64,000 nt of DNA from Candidatus Pacearchaeota archaeon (lineage in GTDB: Archaea > Nanobdellota > Nanobdellia > Pacearchaeales > GW2011-AR1), in assembly GCA_041659265.1 (NCBI GenBank), contig JBAZYP010000003.1:101221-165220 (forward strand). Direction: 5' to 3'. Under the pieces are notes generated by a model. It saw nothing but the letters and a program-made list of their open reading frames with translations. It did not search any database and was not told the origin of the DNA. The stretch's first letter is position 1; each line of letters opens with the position of its first letter. The position numbers and the translations under genes are program-made. This document shows, piece by piece, positions 50,132 to 59,701 of this stretch.

Positions 50132-50217
50132 TCAATGCAGAATTGATAGATTCTGCAGGTCTGTTACTGGTTTAAGTTTAAGCGAGATGTTCAGATACGA
50201 TTTTGTTTTTGATGCAG
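50073..50217 (+). repeat. 91-bp-period duplication of the prs 3' end with an intervening hairpin
   Basis: Identical 54 nt (ttactggtttaag...gatgcag) at 50073 and 50164; hairpin tgcagaat-tgatag-attctgca at 50136-50157. Confidence 0.92.
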
Positions 50218-50259
50218 ATTAAGAATAAATCAAAAAGGACATTATTTCAAAAATCAATT

Positions 50260-50592
50260 CTATCCTTTGATAATATTACAAATTTTATCTTCTACTTCTT
50301 TAATTTTATTTTTATTAATTTTTCCAGCCTTGTATAGGATTATTGATTCTCTAAGTGTAAATAAGATTGAAGGTTTTATATGACTATTAATTTTTAATCC
50401 GCCATTTGAAAAGTCATTATCTGTTAAATCTATCTGATAAGGATCAGGATGATATTTTGAAGTAATTTGACAAAGAATAATATCTTCTCCTTTTAAATTT
50501 GCAACAACAAGAGCAGGTCTTTTTATTGAAGATTTTAAGTCTGAAAAAGGGAATGGTGTTACAACGACATCACCTTTTACAAATTTTTCCAT
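50260..50592 (-). CDS. mazF: PemK/MazF-family toxin
   Basis: KGDVVVTPFPFSD...KRPALVV...CQITS. Confidence 0.9.
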   Translation of the reverse strand: MEKFVKGDVVVTPFPFSDLKSSIKRPALVVANLKGEDIILCQITSKYHPDPYQIDLTDNDFSNGGLKINSHIKPSILFTLRESIILYKAGKINKNKIKEVEDKICNIIKG

Positions 50593-50786
50593 GCGATTTC
50601 ATCCTCTTTACTTAACCAATTTTTGGAAAGAAGATCTTCATCAGCATAAATATTGGATTTTATGCTTTCAAGTTCTTCAATTCTTTTTTGCACACATCTT
50701 CGGACAAACTCACTCCATTTAATTTCAGAATATTTTCGCATTTTTTTATAAACTTCATCATCAATTGATAATGTAATATTAGTCAT
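50577..50786 (-). CDS. Ribbon-helix-helix antitoxin
   Basis: NITLSIDDEVYKKM...IKWSEFVR; C-terminal WLSKEDEIAW. Confidence 0.85.
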   Translation of the reverse strand: MTNITLSIDDEVYKKMRKYSEIKWSEFVRRCVQKRIEELESIKSNIYADEDLLSKNWLSKEDEIAWKNL

Positions 50787-50793
50787 TCTTTAT

Positions 50794-50809
50794 TAAGTGA
50801 GCTCACTTA
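50794..50809. promoter_or_regulatory. Perfect 16-bp palindromic operator of the RHH-MazF pair
   Basis: TAAGTGAGCTCACTTA between the TATA box (atttaaat) and the start codon. Confidence 0.75.
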
Positions 50810-50921
50810 TTTAAATCTTACGAATAAAAATATTAAGTTAATTTAAAAGATCAATATTTTTTTTATCATTATAAATAATATTATCCCAAACCTTTTTTAA
50901 TACTGCAAAATATATATTATA

Positions 50922-51851
50922 ATGATAAAAAGAGGAAATATTTGCTTAATTATAATTTCAATCATATTACTTATAGCTCTAGTTTCTTCCCAGGACAATT
51001 CAACTGAACTTGAAACTCCTTCAAATATAACTAATTATACAAATGATACTTCAAATATCACCATTGTAAATAACATTACTTCAATTAATATATCAATAAT
51101 TAATTTCTTTCCAACAGAATTTAAAATAGGAGATGCTCAAATTAATATCAGATTATATAACTCTGGAACTATTGAAGCATTAAATTTAATACCAATAGTT
51201 ACTGGAAAGGGATTTTCAACTTACGATGTTAAACCAATAGAATCTCTTGCTCCAAATGGAAAAGATTATTTAATTGTTTTTGGAAATTTTAAGGATTCAG
51301 GAATATTTAATTTAACAATTAAATTAGATGATAAAATATTTTATCAAGAGGTTATTGTTATTGATCCGAATTTAGATACTAAAAAAATTGAAGAAGAAAA
51401 AAAAGAATTATTAAATAATCTTTCAATTAAATTAAAAGATTTAAAAGAAAAATATTCGCTATTAGAAACTGATTATCTAAATAAAAAAGAAAATGAATTC
51501 GATTTAACAAATGTTAATCTAGACCCTTTAAAAAATTACATTAATACAATTGAATACGATATTTATATAGAAAATATTATTGATGGAGAAGCAAAATCAA
51601 GACTCGCTTATAATGAATATGAAAGTCAAAAATCAAAATTATTATCTTCAAAAAAGAAATCATTAATTACAAGAATGAAGGAAAATGCTTTAATTTTTTC
51701 AGCAATTGCAGGTTCATTATTAACATTCTTTGCTCTTTCAGAATTATTAAAAAAGAAAGGTTCTAGTATTCTAGGTTCAGTTAAAGGTAAAGTTGAAAAA
51801 GAAGAAGTAAAAAAGAATTCTAAAAAGAAAATTTCTAAAAAGAAAAAATAA
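50922..51851 (+). CDS. Secreted, C-terminally anchored glycoprotein (CARDB/Ig-like plus coiled coil)
   Basis: Signal peptide, many NxT/S sequons, C-terminal TM and Lys tail. Confidence 0.7.
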   Translation: MIKRGNICLIIISIILLIALVSSQDNSTELETPSNITNYTNDTSNITIVNNITSINISIINFFPTEFKIGDAQINIRLYNSGTIEALNLIPIVTGKGFSTYDVKPIESLAPNGKDYLIVFGNFKDSGIFNLTIKLDDKIFYQEVIVIDPNLDTKKIEEEKKELLNNLSIKLKDLKEKYSLLETDYLNKKENEFDLTNVNLDPLKNYINTIEYDIYIENIIDGEAKSRLAYNEYESQKSKLLSSKKKSLITRMKENALIFSAIAGSLLTFFALSELLKKKGSSILGSVKGKVEKEEVKKNSKKKISKKKK

Positions 51852-52062
51852 AATAATTTTTAAAAATAAGTATATACTCGATAAACGTTAAATATATAAA
51901 CTAGTGTTAACTCTAATTAGTATGAAAACAAATAGATCCGGGTCCGATTGGCAAATGAATTCTATTAATTATAGACCGGTCAAATTTATTTGTTTTAAAC
52001 ATACGCTGATTTAAGGTTTCATCATTGTTTCTTAGGCCTTTGAATTTTAGCGGATTTTTACG

Positions 52063-52446
52063 ATGTTACAAAAAAACTACACTGCTTCTGAAACGCATTA
52101 TTTATGCGATGAATGTAGTGAGGCAATTACTAATCCATTATGTCCTTATTGTCTTACTGAAGAAGTTGAAGCTTGGTTAACTCTTTATCCTAATCTAAAG
52201 CATGAGATAAAGCCGCATATAGATAGGTATCTTCACCGTGGATTCATGAATTTCTCGACAATATGTATCAAATGTAGAAATCCTTCTGCATTCCTGTGTC
52301 CATATTGTTTCACAAATCATGTATTAATATCATTAAAGAAAATTAATGCAAGTAAGTTAATATTAAAAGAATTCTTTGATTTCTTTAATTTTGATTTTGA
52401 TCATACCGGTTATACTCATGAAGCAGAGAGGTTAGGAGTAATTTGA
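52063..52446 (+). CDS. Cys-rich zinc-binding protein
   Basis: Four CxxC pairs (CDEC, CPYC, CIKC, CPYC). Confidence 0.75.
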   Translation: MLQKNYTASETHYLCDECSEAITNPLCPYCLTEEVEAWLTLYPNLKHEIKPHIDRYLHRGFMNFSTICIKCRNPSAFLCPYCFTNHVLISLKKINASKLILKEFFDFFNFDFDHTGYTHEAERLGVI

Positions 52447-52526
52447 TGACAATCAGTTTAAAGTTAAATCCACTAACTCAAATATCTTCGATATTTGATC
52501 TAGTTAAGAGGTTAGGAGTAATATGA
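52427..52526 (+). repeat. 80-bp-period duplication of the 3' end of 52063-52446 with an intervening hairpin
   Basis: agaggttaggagtaat(t/a)tga at 52427 and 52507; tcaaatatc-ttc-gatatttga at 52478-52498. Confidence 0.8.
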
Positions 52527-52598
52527 TAATGTTAAATAAAATTTCAAATTCATCTTCTCAAAAATCAAAAAGATTTTTGATATGTAAGGAGGGAAATC

Positions 52599-52808
52599 AT
52601 GATAGGTAAATGTCCTAGTTGTGGAATTAGTTTAATTACACCACCATTTAATGGAAGAAATACTAATGAAGTTCTTCTGACTTTAGCATATCGTAGAATA
52701 GTTGAAACAAATACTATTCTTAGATCTATTGATGAACTTGGTTATTGTGAATTATGTGATGCTAAATTGAAAGATTTAGAAGAACAAGGTTTAACACTTC
52801 ATATTTAA
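52599..52808 (+). CDS. Small zinc-ribbon protein
   Basis: CPSC...CELC; GGAGG ribosome-binding site upstream. Confidence 0.7.
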   Translation: MIGKCPSCGISLITPPFNGRNTNEVLLTLAYRRIVETNTILRSIDELGYCELCDAKLKDLEEQGLTLHI

Positions 52809-53141
52809 CATTTTAGTGCTGTAAAACACGTCCAGCTTAGCTATAGCTTTACATCCCAGTTAGTTTAGCTAAGCTGGACAATTATATTTAACAGTTGTTA
52901 AGTATGTACTTCCTAATCAGAATGATTAATCTTCTTAGCTGGACTAGTATATTCATTTAGGTATTTGGAATTAGAGGTCCTAATCACTTTAGTGATTAAT
53001 TTCAAGCGGGTCTAGTATATTCATTTTTTATTTAGAATTAACTCTAATCCAGGATGTATTAAGTTCAATTCTAGACCAGGTGATTTTTTATAATCAAAAT
53101 ATATACTAAATATTTATAAGTAGTTTCTAGATATTGAAATT

Positions 53142-54713
53142 ATGACAAAACGAACAAGTGGAATAATCATGCCAATTTTTTCCTTTCCTAGTTCTGATGC
53201 TATTGGAACTTTAACAGATGCTCAAAGATATTTGGGATATATTAAAGAAGCAGGGTTATCAAGAATTCATATTCTTCCAACAAATCCAACTATTGAACAT
53301 GATTCTCCGTTTCAAGGCCCAAGTTTATTGTATGGTAATCCAAATTTAATTAATATAGAAAAATTATTTACTATAGGAGATTTATCACAAAAAGATTTTT
53401 TTTCATATTTAAGCAAATCTTATGAAATAAGCTATAAAGAAAAATCTATAAATTATGGTTTTTTATGGAATGAAAAAATTGGATTTGGTGAAGATACATC
53501 AGGTTTTGAAAATGGTCCCTTAAGAAAGGCCTATCAGGGTTTAATTAAAAATGGTGGAAAGAGATTAGATGAATTTAATGAATTTAAAGCTAAAGAAGGT
53601 AGGGATTTAGAAGATTATTCTGATTTTATGACTTTAAAACAAAAATTAGGATTTTCTTTACAATGGTCAAGTTGGCCTGAAAAATTTAGATTAAGAAAAA
53701 ATGGGTATAGCGAAGAGTTACCTAAAGAAGAAAAAGAATTTTACAAATATGTTCAATTTGTTTTTAATGATCAATTAAAATCTTTATCAAATTCTGCTAA
53801 AGAAAACGAATTAACTTTATCAGGTATAATGCCCTTATATCCTTGTTTTGATTGTGCTGATGTTTGGGCAAATAAAGATTTATTTTTATTAGATGCTTCT
53901 GGTTTTCCTGTAAAAGTAGCATGCGTTCCTCCTGATTTTTTTGAACCAGTTAAAGGTCAATTATGGGGAAATCCCTTATGGAAATATGGAAAACTTAGTT
54001 CCAATAACAAGGAAAAAGTTTATGAGGCCTTTGCTAATCGTTTAGAAAGATTATTAGAAAACTTAGATATAATTGAAATTGATCATTACAGGGGATTAAC
54101 TGCATTTGGTGCAGTTGATTTTGGAGCTTCAGATGCAAGAGATGGTAAATGGATTCAAGGTCCTGGAAATGAATTATTCCATTATTTGGAAGAGAGATTA
54201 GGAAAATCTAGATTACCCTTCGAAGCAGAAGATTTAGGTTTAATTACTCCAAAAGTGCATAGAGATAGAATTAAAATGGGTTATCCAGGTATGAAAGTAT
54301 TTCAAATTGCTAATATAAATGATAAAACTGATATTCATCATCCAGAGCATAATGAACCTAATTCTGTTTATTATCTTGGAACCCATAATAACACCACATT
54401 AAAAGATTTTTTATTTGGAAAAAAAGATAATCTGGAAAGTGGATCTCAGCAAGATTATATAAATTATTTAGAAGCAAATTCATCTGAAGAAGGATATAAT
54501 TGGAAAGCAATTGACGTTGCTTTGTCAACAAAATCCAATACTACTTTATTAACAATATCTGATATAAGAAATTATGGAAATGAAAAAAGATTTAATAGGC
54601 CTGGTTCAGTTGGTTGGTGGAAAGTTAATTTATCTGAAAATGAAATGGAAAAATTCAAGTATGAAGATGCACCTATTTTAAAAGAATTGATTGAACAACA
54701 TAAAAGGATTTAA
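53142..54713 (+). CDS. malQ: 4-alpha-glucanotransferase (amylomaltase, GH77)
   Basis: SP...S...GNP, VPPDFF...GQLWGNP, IDHYRG, AEDLG, YPGMKV, GTHNN, N.PG...W. Confidence 0.9.
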   Translation: MTKRTSGIIMPIFSFPSSDAIGTLTDAQRYLGYIKEAGLSRIHILPTNPTIEHDSPFQGPSLLYGNPNLINIEKLFTIGDLSQKDFFSYLSKSYEISYKEKSINYGFLWNEKIGFGEDTSGFENGPLRKAYQGLIKNGGKRLDEFNEFKAKEGRDLEDYSDFMTLKQKLGFSLQWSSWPEKFRLRKNGYSEELPKEEKEFYKYVQFVFNDQLKSLSNSAKENELTLSGIMPLYPCFDCADVWANKDLFLLDASGFPVKVACVPPDFFEPVKGQLWGNPLWKYGKLSSNNKEKVYEAFANRLERLLENLDIIEIDHYRGLTAFGAVDFGASDARDGKWIQGPGNELFHYLEERLGKSRLPFEAEDLGLITPKVHRDRIKMGYPGMKVFQIANINDKTDIHHPEHNEPNSVYYLGTHNNTTLKDFLFGKKDNLESGSQQDYINYLEANSSEEGYNWKAIDVALSTKSNTTLLTISDIRNYGNEKRFNRPGSVGWWKVNLSENEMEKFKYEDAPILKELIEQHKRI

Positions 54714-55423
54714 TTTATATTTTTTATAAAACTATATTCTTCAGGTAGATCCTTAGATCCGGATTTTCTATCATAACCTTCTAATATTCTTGGAATTCCC
54801 TTGCATTCGCTTATAAAAGAACTGATTATTTCCCTGTTATGGGATTTATAGGTTGGAAAATGTGCATTAGTTGGACTATTGCCACTTATATGTAATTCAG
54901 CTAATCTATCTCCCATAGCATCTTTTAGTTCTCTTGCAAGATTCATAGATGGATCATCATCATAAGCATGCTGGATATCTAAAACAAAATTAAATCCAAA
55001 TTTTCTTTTTATATCATTAAAAAATTTAGGTTCAGACTTATAGCAGATCTTCAAACTCATGTTTTCTATTAATATGGGTAATCCTGATTTTTCAAGAACT
55101 GAATAATCTTTTATTTTATGTGGATGTATTACAATTCCATCGAGTTTAGTCCTTGAATTAATCTCTTTTAATATTCCTATTACTTTTTCACTTTCGGAAT
55201 TATTTCCATAATTTAGATCCCATGGCGCATGAATAGAAACATAATTAAAACTCTTAAGATCTTCTTTTATAACAAAATCAAATACTATACCTTCAAGTTC
55301 TTCAGTTCTTCCAAATCCAAGTTCAATAGCAGTGCAATTTAGTTTTTTAAATAACTTGATCTTCTCTTTTTCTTTTAATGATGAAGAATGCAAAATTCCT
55401 GTAGAGAAACCTATTTTATTCAT
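54710..55423 (-). CDS. Xylose-isomerase-like/AP-endonuclease-2 TIM-barrel protein
   Basis: SIHAP, VIHP, IENM, LDIQHA, ELHISG, H..., ILE. Confidence 0.75.
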   Translation of the reverse strand: MNKIGFSTGILHSSSLKEKEKIKLFKKLNCTAIELGFGRTEELEGIVFDFVIKEDLKSFNYVSIHAPWDLNYGNNSESEKVIGILKEINSRTKLDGIVIHPHKIKDYSVLEKSGLPILIENMSLKICYKSEPKFFNDIKRKFGFNFVLDIQHAYDDDPSMNLARELKDAMGDRLAELHISGNSPTNAHFPTYKSHNREIISSFISECKGIPRILEGYDRKSGSKDLPEEYSFIKNIN

Positions 55424-55573
55424 GAGAATGAATAAAAATTAGGATTTATAATTATTTATATTCTTTATGCTCTTCTCTGGAAAGAACATTTTTGAATATT
55501 TAATTTAGTTATTAATTCTTAACAATGGAGTTCTTGTTCGAAATTTTAGAACTTCGCTAGCAAAGCTAATTCA

Positions 55574-58500
55574 TTAAACTAGTTTATCAGCAGCATGTTT
55601 TTCTATACTTCCAACCTCTATAACCGTTGGAATAAGGTCTGGATTAATGATTATTATTTTATTATCAATGATTTCAATTTGTTTATTAGGATCATTAGAA
55701 CTTCCAAGAGTTATTATTCCATCATTAGATGGAACAAATACAGCCCCATCTTGACTGCCAAAATAATATTTTTCAGATTTATAGACAGTTCCAATTGTTA
55801 AAGGCTTTCCTGATTCTTTTGCATTATTTAATCCATAAACATATTGACTATAAATTCCAGATTTTTGGGCTTCAAGAGTTTCGGGTGCAAAACTATATCC
55901 ACTTTTTCCTCTATTCGTTTCAGTAGTAATAATTGGGTAATCTTTAACACTCTCCCTTCCATTTTCTTTCAGATAAGAATATAAATTTTTTGTAAAATCG
56001 TATGAATAGCATGAATCTATCATTATATTTAAATTAGATAAACTTTCCCCATTTTTTGATCTTTCAATTAATGAATCTCCCAGCTCTTGGAAACTGATTG
56101 CTAAAGGATTATTAAAATCATCTGATGTCTCACTGCCAATTTGTCCTTCCCCCAACCATTGATGTTCAGGCCCCCCATGATTATTGAAATATATTGTTGT
56201 AGACCCTTTGCTTTGTTCAATAGTTTCAAGAATTTTGGTTTTAGCTGCCGGGCCTTTTAATCCGCTTTTTATTGCTTCAGGTTTAACCCCTGAATCAGTA
56301 GCTAATTTAGTAAGTACATCTTCCTGGAATCTATAAACTCCCTCATCTCCGTTTGTTGTTGACCATCTCTCATCATTAGTTATAGGAATAAATGTATCTG
56401 TTTCAGGACCTAAAAGAACTCTGTCTTCATAATTTTTTCTATAATTCATTATTTCATTAGCAGTATTTTGAATATTTGTCTCTCCACTCTCTAAGCTTTT
56501 TTGTTCCAATCTTCGAGATATTGATAAAGCTATAGACCATTTTTCTTCACCTTCTAAACCTTCTGTTAAACTATTAAACTCCTTATTGGAATAGATTTCA
56601 GATAATGAATTTGAATCAAACCAGGGTTTATCGCTTTTTCTTACCATTAATTTTGCATATTCATTATAAACTTTTAAAAGATCTCTTGCAACAGTTGGTT
56701 CAAGATTAGTTACTGCTTGAGCAATATCAGTTGGAACTATTCCCCCTCCTTTTAAAAATGAAGCTGAATAATAATCAAAAAGCATATTTTGAAGATCTTC
56801 ATTTCCTTTTGATTGTTTAATTAGATTTATGAAATCTTCAGAATTTGTGATATCTCCTTTCATATTGTTTAATATTAGTGTCTTAATCTCATCATTTTTT
56901 GCATTTTCATAAGCATTTTTCAAAGAATCGCTTGTATAAAATCTGCTTGTTTCTAAAATTTTCATCTGGCTATCTGCATCCATTTTTCCAAATTCATCTA
57001 AATTCTCAATTCCATTAGCTTTTTGTTTAATCATTTTTTCAATTTCATCAAGATTTGGACTATTTTTTAAATGATCTCTAATAAGATCTATATCTTGATA
57101 TTCCAGATATCCTTCATATTTTTCTAATAATTTTTTCTGGACATCAAAACTATCTGCAGCAGTTATAAGATCAGCTACCATCCAGGAACTATATTTTTTT
57201 ATATCAACATTATCAATGATTCTTTTTTGTAAATCCGGATTATTTTTAGCCATAATAAAAATAAGATTATTGTATTTGGGTTCATAAAAAGTATTTAGGA
57301 CCTGATCAGCTAAAAAATTCTGTAAATCTGGTTTATCTATAAGATTCATAAAAGCAGAATCAAATAACATATTCATATTTATATTATTGAAATCTAATGT
57401 TTTTATATAAAGTTTTTTTAAATCTTCACTTTTTAGATTCTCAAGATTATTTAAAATTGCATTATTATCAATCTGTCCTATGGCTTTTCCATCAATGACC
57501 TCTCCTTTATAAAGCATCCAAGCTTCACTTTTTTCATCCTTTATTCCATACATATTTGCTATATTTGATTTTAAATTTGCTAGATTACCCTTAGCTATTG
57601 GAGCTTTATCTTTTGAAAATTCAAAACTAACTTTTTTTATTTTATTATTCTCTTTTGTTAAAAGTTCAAGATTTATTTTTGCAGCTTCATCAGCAACTTC
57701 TGGAATAATAATATTATCATAACTTCCATCTTTAGCAGATATTCCAATTTCATTAGTTTTAGATCTTACAACATTTGCTAAATTATTTTTTTTAGAAGTA
57801 GTGATTTTTAGATCTCCATTATATTCTATCCTATTCATTTCTATATTTTCTTGATCAGGGCATTTTCCATTAGGGCATATTTCTGTCGGTTCTTTAAGTG
57901 TGAATTTTGTTTCTTTATTATTGATAAAAACCCCTGTTTTTCCTTCATTTGGAGAGAATATCATCCTTTTTCCATTTTCTTCAATATCTATCCAACCCTC
58001 GCTAAATCTTCCAACTATCTTTCCATCAGGTCCGGTTATAACACTTTCTTTATCAGAACGGACCCCTTCATATACAATAGCGAAAGATCCATCTTTTGAT
58101 GTTGAATATTTAAAACCATCATAGAATACATCTTTACCCTTTGCGGTGAATATATCTCCAGTGTCTCTATTATAATTTTTTATATTGCCACTAAAACTAT
58201 GGCTATTGATAAAACTCCCTTTTTTTAATTCAACATTATCTAAAATAACTTCGCCATCAAATATTGTCACCTTTGCACCTTTGTTGAATACATATGTATC
58301 TGGATTTTCTTTTTTTCCTTTATTTATCAAATCTTTAATAATCCCTCCTTCAGGAAATTCAATTATCATCTTTCCTTTAACTTTTGATACATCAATTGGT
58401 TTGGTTGATCCTGTTTTTTTAACAATTAGCTTATGATCAGATAAAATATCTATATCCGGATCTTCAAAATTATTCTGATCAAGTAATAATCCTAGTTTTG

Positions 58501-58594
58501 TCAATTGATTGAATTTCTCACTATTATTGCCTTCTTGAGCAGCAATAATATTAATGGAGATTATTATAAAAATAAAAATGAATATTTTCTTCAT
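55574..58594 (-). CDS. Large secreted protein with a C-terminal caspase/legumain-fold (clan CD) peptidase domain
   Basis: Signal peptide; IYFNNHGG and IMIDSCYS His/Cys dyad motifs. Confidence 0.7.
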   Translation of the reverse strand: MKKIFIFIFIIISINIIAAQEGNNSEKFNQLTKLGLLLDQNNFEDPDIDILSDHKLIVKKTGSTKPIDVSKVKGKMIIEFPEGGIIKDLINKGKKENPDTYVFNKGAKVTIFDGEVILDNVELKKGSFINSHSFSGNIKNYNRDTGDIFTAKGKDVFYDGFKYSTSKDGSFAIVYEGVRSDKESVITGPDGKIVGRFSEGWIDIEENGKRMIFSPNEGKTGVFINNKETKFTLKEPTEICPNGKCPDQENIEMNRIEYNGDLKITTSKKNNLANVVRSKTNEIGISAKDGSYDNIIIPEVADEAAKINLELLTKENNKIKKVSFEFSKDKAPIAKGNLANLKSNIANMYGIKDEKSEAWMLYKGEVIDGKAIGQIDNNAILNNLENLKSEDLKKLYIKTLDFNNINMNMLFDSAFMNLIDKPDLQNFLADQVLNTFYEPKYNNLIFIMAKNNPDLQKRIIDNVDIKKYSSWMVADLITAADSFDVQKKLLEKYEGYLEYQDIDLIRDHLKNSPNLDEIEKMIKQKANGIENLDEFGKMDADSQMKILETSRFYTSDSLKNAYENAKNDEIKTLILNNMKGDITNSEDFINLIKQSKGNEDLQNMLFDYYSASFLKGGGIVPTDIAQAVTNLEPTVARDLLKVYNEYAKLMVRKSDKPWFDSNSLSEIYSNKEFNSLTEGLEGEEKWSIALSISRRLEQKSLESGETNIQNTANEIMNYRKNYEDRVLLGPETDTFIPITNDERWSTTNGDEGVYRFQEDVLTKLATDSGVKPEAIKSGLKGPAAKTKILETIEQSKGSTTIYFNNHGGPEHQWLGEGQIGSETSDDFNNPLAISFQELGDSLIERSKNGESLSNLNIMIDSCYSYDFTKNLYSYLKENGRESVKDYPIITTETNRGKSGYSFAPETLEAQKSGIYSQYVYGLNNAKESGKPLTIGTVYKSEKYYFGSQDGAVFVPSNDGIITLGSSNDPNKQIEIIDNKIIIINPDLIPTVIEVGSIEKHAADKLV

Positions 58595-59640
58595 GTTGAT
58601 GTTAAATTAAACCCCGTTTCAATAGTTTTTTCAATATTAATATACAAAATAAAAATTTCTTCATTACCTTTATTATCAATTGCTTTAATCAATATCTCAT
58701 GTTCTCCACTATCTTCTGGACCAGGAGTGAATTCAATTTTTCCAGAATTTTCATCTATATCAAATAAACCAGTATAATCTTCAAATCTTATATTACTTCC
58801 ATTAGCTTTAACTTGATAACTAAATTTTTTATTTGTATAAGCATTTAATAAGGGAGCATTTTCAAATGAAATTAAACTACTTTCATTATATGTAGGTATT
58901 ATATCAATCCATTTATATTTAGCTCCAAAATTATATATTATTGTATTATTTTTTCCTAGTATTTCTGGAAAAATAAATGAATACACTAGTTCATTTTCAG
59001 TTATATAATTAATATTATATAAAAATTCTTTTTCATTAGCAATTAAAGACAAATATCCAATTGGAATATGATCTGGATTTTTTTGATGCTCCAAAGCAAA
59101 TTGATTTATTATATTATCTATTTTTTCAAAATCTAATGGATTTGAATATGAAAAATCTTTAATCAGGATATTTTTATTGTCTTTACTAACCGTTATTGGG
59201 TAATTAATTTTTAAAATTGATTCTTTACCTAAAGTGGTTTTTAATATTATTTCTTTTTTTTCAAATTTATAACCTTGATTTTCATAATGTGAGAAATTTA
59301 AGCATTTTGGAAGTTCTTTTATTATATATTTTGATAATTCATTTTCAATAGTCTTTTTATCAGGAACTTTTGTTTCCCCCTCCTTAAAATAATAAGGTAT
59401 GCTAAACATCATAAAATTAACAGATTCTTTTGGAGCTTCATAATATCCTCCTTGAAAAAGAATATATCTTATCCCTTCTTTAAAAGTTATATCAATACAC
59501 TCATTTATCCTTTGATTTATGGGATTAGTTATTTCATTATTTTTATTGCTATTATTTTTTAAAACTAAAAATATTATTAGAGAAATAAAAACTATAATTC
59601 CAATTATAATAAATACACTCAACTGCCCCCTTTTATCCAT
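58591..59640 (-). CDS. Class III signal peptide (pilin-like) surface protein with an Ig-like domain
   Basis: MDKRGQLSVFIIIG; C-terminal FDID..SGKIEFTP...G.H. Confidence 0.8.
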   Translation of the reverse strand: MDKRGQLSVFIIIGIIVFISLIIFLVLKNNSNKNNEITNPINQRINECIDITFKEGIRYILFQGGYYEAPKESVNFMMFSIPYYFKEGETKVPDKKTIENELSKYIIKELPKCLNFSHYENQGYKFEKKEIILKTTLGKESILKINYPITVSKDNKNILIKDFSYSNPLDFEKIDNIINQFALEHQKNPDHIPIGYLSLIANEKEFLYNINYITENELVYSFIFPEILGKNNTIIYNFGAKYKWIDIIPTYNESSLISFENAPLLNAYTNKKFSYQVKANGSNIRFEDYTGLFDIDENSGKIEFTPGPEDSGEHEILIKAIDNKGNEEIFILYINIEKTIETGFNLTST

Positions 59641-59701
59641 TATTATACGAGATATTTATTATATATAAAGATTTTTAAATATCATTTTTTATTTTATTAT
59701 T

